The notes under the pieces: model-generated
Told to the model about the DNA's origin: nothing
The model's database searches: none
The model's input: only the letters and a program-made list of their open reading frames with translations
NCBI GenBank assembly: GCA_049516875.1
Contig: JBEKSS010000001.1
Location: forward strand, 320,001 to 384,000
Length of the DNA stretch: 64,000 nt
Direction: 5' to 3'
Origin: Candidatus Bathyarchaeia archaeon
GTDB lineage: Archaea > Thermoproteota > Bathyarchaeia > Bathyarchaeales > Bathycorpusculaceae
Shown here: positions 61,083 to 64,000 of the stretch, in pieces
How positions within the stretch are numbered: the stretch's first letter is position 1
Layout: every line of letters begins with the position of its first letter
Made by a program: the position numbers and the translations under genes

Positions 61083-61693
61083 CTTTCAGTTTCCTTTTTC
61101 TTTGTTTTGCCGTAAACGTGGAGGCTTCTCTGCAGGACGGTCAGGTTTGAGAACACCGCGAGCAGAATTATGCCCGCGTTCATCACCGTCGTCGGCTGCC
61201 AAAACAGGGCCGTCAAGCTTGCCGCGAGCAGTATGATGATGCGTTCGGCTCTTTCTGCCAAGCCGACGGATTCCATCTTGATTCCGGCCGCTTCGGCCCT
61301 TGCACGACTGTAGCTGACGAGCAGGGAACCAACAATTGCGATCATGCCCCACAGAGGGTAGCACAGGCCGCCCAGGATTATGCCGATGTAGACGGCAGCG
61401 TCAGCGTATCTGTCTAGCACGGAGTCTAGAAAGCCGCCGAAAACCGTTGCCTGCCCGTAGAGCCTCGCGACTATTCCGTCCAGCGCATCGCAGAAGCCTG
61501 ATAGGAGAAGCAGAACGGTGGCGAGCAGGAGATAGAGCAGCTGGTTCTGCCATTCTGCATAGGTGAGGGCTGAGAGGAAAGCCAGTGCGGTACCGATGCC
61601 GGTGATGATGTTAGGAGTCAAACCTATCCGGTGGGCTGCTCTTGCCTCGGCCGCAAGCATCTGCTGGACTTTCTGCTTCAGTTTCGTGAGCAT
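61079..61693 (-). CDS. pgsA: CDP-alcohol phosphatidyltransferase (archaetidylinositol phosphate synthase-like)
   Basis: TPNIIT, DALDGIVAR...G.FLDSVLDRYAD, SYSRARAE. Confidence 0.85.
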   Translation of the reverse strand: MLTKLKQKVQQMLAAEARAAHRIGLTPNIITGIGTALAFLSALTYAEWQNQLLYLLLATVLLLLSGFCDALDGIVARLYGQATVFGGFLDSVLDRYADAAVYIGIILGGLCYPLWGMIAIVGSLLVSYSRARAEAAGIKMESVGLAERAERIIILLAASLTALFWQPTTVMNAGIILLAVFSNLTVLQRSLHVYGKTKKKETES

Positions 61694-61767
61694 TCGCGGC
61701 TGTTTCTCCAGCACGCATTTATTTAAGCTGCAGTTATGTAAAGGAGTTAGGTTTAAAGGTGTTTGGA

Positions 61768-62061
61768 ATGATTGACGTCACGACGGTTAAGATTGACGGC
61801 AAGGCTTGCTTAGGGTTGAAAGTTGATTTACCCGAGAGCCCACCCTTGCTATTGATGGTGGCGGAGAAAGGCTTCGTGATGTGCGGCTTCCTGAACATTG
61901 AAGCCGCTGAAAGACTGGGCGTAGCCGCCGCCATGGTCAGCGGAGTGAAAACCTTTGAAGACGTACTCAACGCACAGGTCAAGGCTGTAACGACCAAAAC
62001 GAAGAATTCGGGCGTCGAGGTCGGAATGAAAGGTTCCGAAGCCCTGAAGCATATGTTCTAG
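61768..62061 (+). CDS. YunC/DUF1805 family protein
   Basis: KGFVMCGFLN, AAMVSGV, GMKG.EAL. Confidence 0.8.
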   Translation: MIDVTTVKIDGKACLGLKVDLPESPPLLLMVAEKGFVMCGFLNIEAAERLGVAAAMVSGVKTFEDVLNAQVKAVTTKTKNSGVEVGMKGSEALKHMF

Positions 62062-62165
62062 AATTCTGTATCCGACGGCTTTTTGGATAGTCATGGCAAC
62101 TCCCTCTTCCGAGTCTCAGCGCCCTAATCTTGTATCTGCAAATTCCTTCACGCACGCCTTGATTT

Positions 62166-62709
62166 GCGCGCGCGCTAAGATGGTTGAGCCGTCCGGAGCC
62201 ATCCATCTGAAGAAGTAGTATGGGAAGACTGTTGTGTCGTTCCAGAGCATTTTCTGCGTCAGAAAGAATTCCATGCTGGATTTTCTCATTATCTGGGGCA
62301 GAGTGCAAGCGTAACCGAACGAGTCGGGAAACCATGCAACCTTCACGTCAACGTTGAACCTTTCCCAAAAGTATCTTTTCCCATAAAGGAACTGTCTTAC
62401 GAAGGATTCACCGGAAGGCATGTTGCCGTCAGGTTCAACCCATGTCCCGCCAACGGTCTCCCAACGTCCCTCCTCCACCCTCTTCTTCACTTTCTCGAAG
62501 GTTTCAGGGTACTTCTCCTCCAACCACTTATAGTATTGAGCGCTGCTCTGGCAGAAGCAGAAGTCATGATATTTCTCCATCAGTCTGAGGATCGTTTCAC
62601 AGGTATCGTGAAAGACCTCGATTGTTTCGCTGAATGTCCATAACCACGCGGCGTCCAAATGGCTGTGCCCTAAGAAGTAACATGTTCTACCGACATTTTT
62701 TGAGCCCAT
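62166..62709 (-). pseudogene. GH38 alpha-mannosidase, N-terminal fragment
   Basis: GHSHLDAAWLW, GESFVRQF.YG, WFPDSFG, FRWMAPDGS; homology stops at GCGCGCGCGC (62166-62175). Confidence 0.85.
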
Positions 62710-62802
62710 TTTGTCCCTTCAATGCCTTCGTACGCGGTTATAGCATAACATGTATTGTTATAAACGCTTTAGCATGATGTAGGACGCGCCTTCTCCATCG
62801 AT

Positions 62803-63465
62803 GTGAGGTTTATAAGAACCGAAATCGAGAGGCACCCATATCGAGAGAGTGTTGCGTTGTCTAAGAAGAAGCTTCTGGATGCTGTTGCCTCGGACGTCGT
62901 GGTTTGCACAAAGTGTCCGCTCTGGAAATCTCGCAAGAACGCGGTTCCTGGCGTGGGAAATCCCCGAAGCCGGATAATGTTCATTGGGGAGGCTCCGGGC
63001 GCGTCAGAGGATGCTAAAGGTGAACCCTTTGTGGGGATGGCGGGCAAATTCCTCGACGCACTCTTGTCACAGATAGGATTCTCAAGAGAGCAGGTTTTTA
63101 TCACAAACGTTGTGAAGTGCAGGCCGCCCGGAAACCGTCAGCCCAAGCCTCTGGAGATTGAGACTTGCACGCCATATCTGGACAGGCAGGTGCTGATCAT
63201 TCGGCCAAAATTCGTTGTTACGCTTGGCAGTCATTCGACATCCTATGTTTTCTCAAAGGCAGTGTTGCCCTTCAACAGTATAACACAAGTCCGCGGAAAA
63301 ATGTATAAGGCAACCATTCTAGGCTTGCAGCTGGGAGTCTTCCCAGTGTTCCATCCAGCGTCAACTCTCTACAATCCACAATACAAGGAAATTCTGGAAG
63401 ATGATTTTCAACTGTTGAAAACGAAATTGTCGAAGGCTCACTCAGGCGTCACCAATAGGTGTTAG
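62803..63465 (+). CDS. udg: Family 4 (Fe-S) uracil-DNA glycosylase
   Basis: C..C.L, GEAPG, PFVG, NVVKCRPP.NR, FHPA. Confidence 0.92.
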   Translation: MRFIRTEIERHPYRESVALSKKKLLDAVASDVVVCTKCPLWKSRKNAVPGVGNPRSRIMFIGEAPGASEDAKGEPFVGMAGKFLDALLSQIGFSREQVFITNVVKCRPPGNRQPKPLEIETCTPYLDRQVLIIRPKFVVTLGSHSTSYVFSKAVLPFNSITQVRGKMYKATILGLQLGVFPVFHPASTLYNPQYKEILEDDFQLLKTKLSKAHSGVTNRC

Positions 63466-63577
63466 CTAGCTTGCAAGACTGCCTGCATCCTTGACGAGTT
63501 CTTCGAACTTTTTGTAGGTCTGGGAAGCGCAGGCGTTGAGAACCCGCAACATCTTATGTTCATATTGTGAGCCGCTA

Positions 63578-64000
63578 TTATGCGGTTACTTGCGGTGGCG
63601 GGCGGACTGGTCTGCCAAGTTTTCTGCGGAGCGCGATGCGATACAGCTTTCTCAAACATTTCACAAGTCGCTCGACGCTAGGCAAGCTGGAGTATATGAT
63701 TGGGATTCGGTCATACTCTGCTAGTCGTGTCGAATACTCGTCCGGCTGAGCGCCGTGAAAGACAACTACGCGTGGTTTCAGGTTGCTGATGCGAACGATA
63801 AGCATGGGGGATATGCCGTTTTCTATGTTTGTGAATATCAAGGCTCGCTCTGTTGTTGCTCCGAAAAGCTGTGAGAACTCTGAGCCTGAGAGTGTTTCAA
63901 CGGCTCTCTTGCTGTCGACTACGGTGTAACCGTTAACCTCCTTGACGTATGTGTCTGGGCATGCGACGGTTTTGCCTTCTATGGCTTTGCACAGGTACTC
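63578..64000 (-). CDS. Predicted transcriptional regulator (COG1709-like), 3' part
   Basis: Manual extension GYTVVDS...FGATTERALIFTN...SPML...LKP; starts beyond the window. Confidence 0.65.
   Translation of the reverse strand, partial: EYLCKAIEGKTVACPDTYVKEVNGYTVVDSKRAVETLSGSEFSQLFGATTERALIFTNIENGISPMLIVRISNLKPRVVVFHGAQPDEYSTRLAEYDRIPIIYSSLPSVERLVKCLRKLYRIALRRKLGRPVRPPPQVTA

Overview
Archaeal chromosomal window. S26e, Alba, TBP, Rpo6, a thermosome and the metabolic gene set point to the TACK group, most likely Bathyarchaeia (inference). Contents: a peptide/amino-acid catabolism island (1.3-16.1 kb), a korABC operon, three ABC-2 exporter pairs, an oppABCDF operon bracketed by a threonine-synthase-like gene and a diverged copy of its 3' end, housekeeping genes, and a decayed defence/repair region (33.3-40.5 kb: solo-type cas1 fragment, RxxxxH protein, PolB2 operon, truncated cas1-cas2-toxin/antitoxin-truncated cas4, no CRISPR array). 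The most striking unexplained signal is the tract GCGCGCGC. Of 12 perfect copies found by eye, 10 lie between genes or at gene truncation points, and several single genes are bracketed by such tracts like cassettes. A 188-bp MITE-like element has TA-GCGCGC termini. This suggests an undescribed (GC)n-core recombination or transposition system, although an assembly or library artefact must be excluded. A separate ~65-80 bp double-palindrome repeat family occurs at three loci. No tRNA, rRNA, transposase or integrase was recognised.
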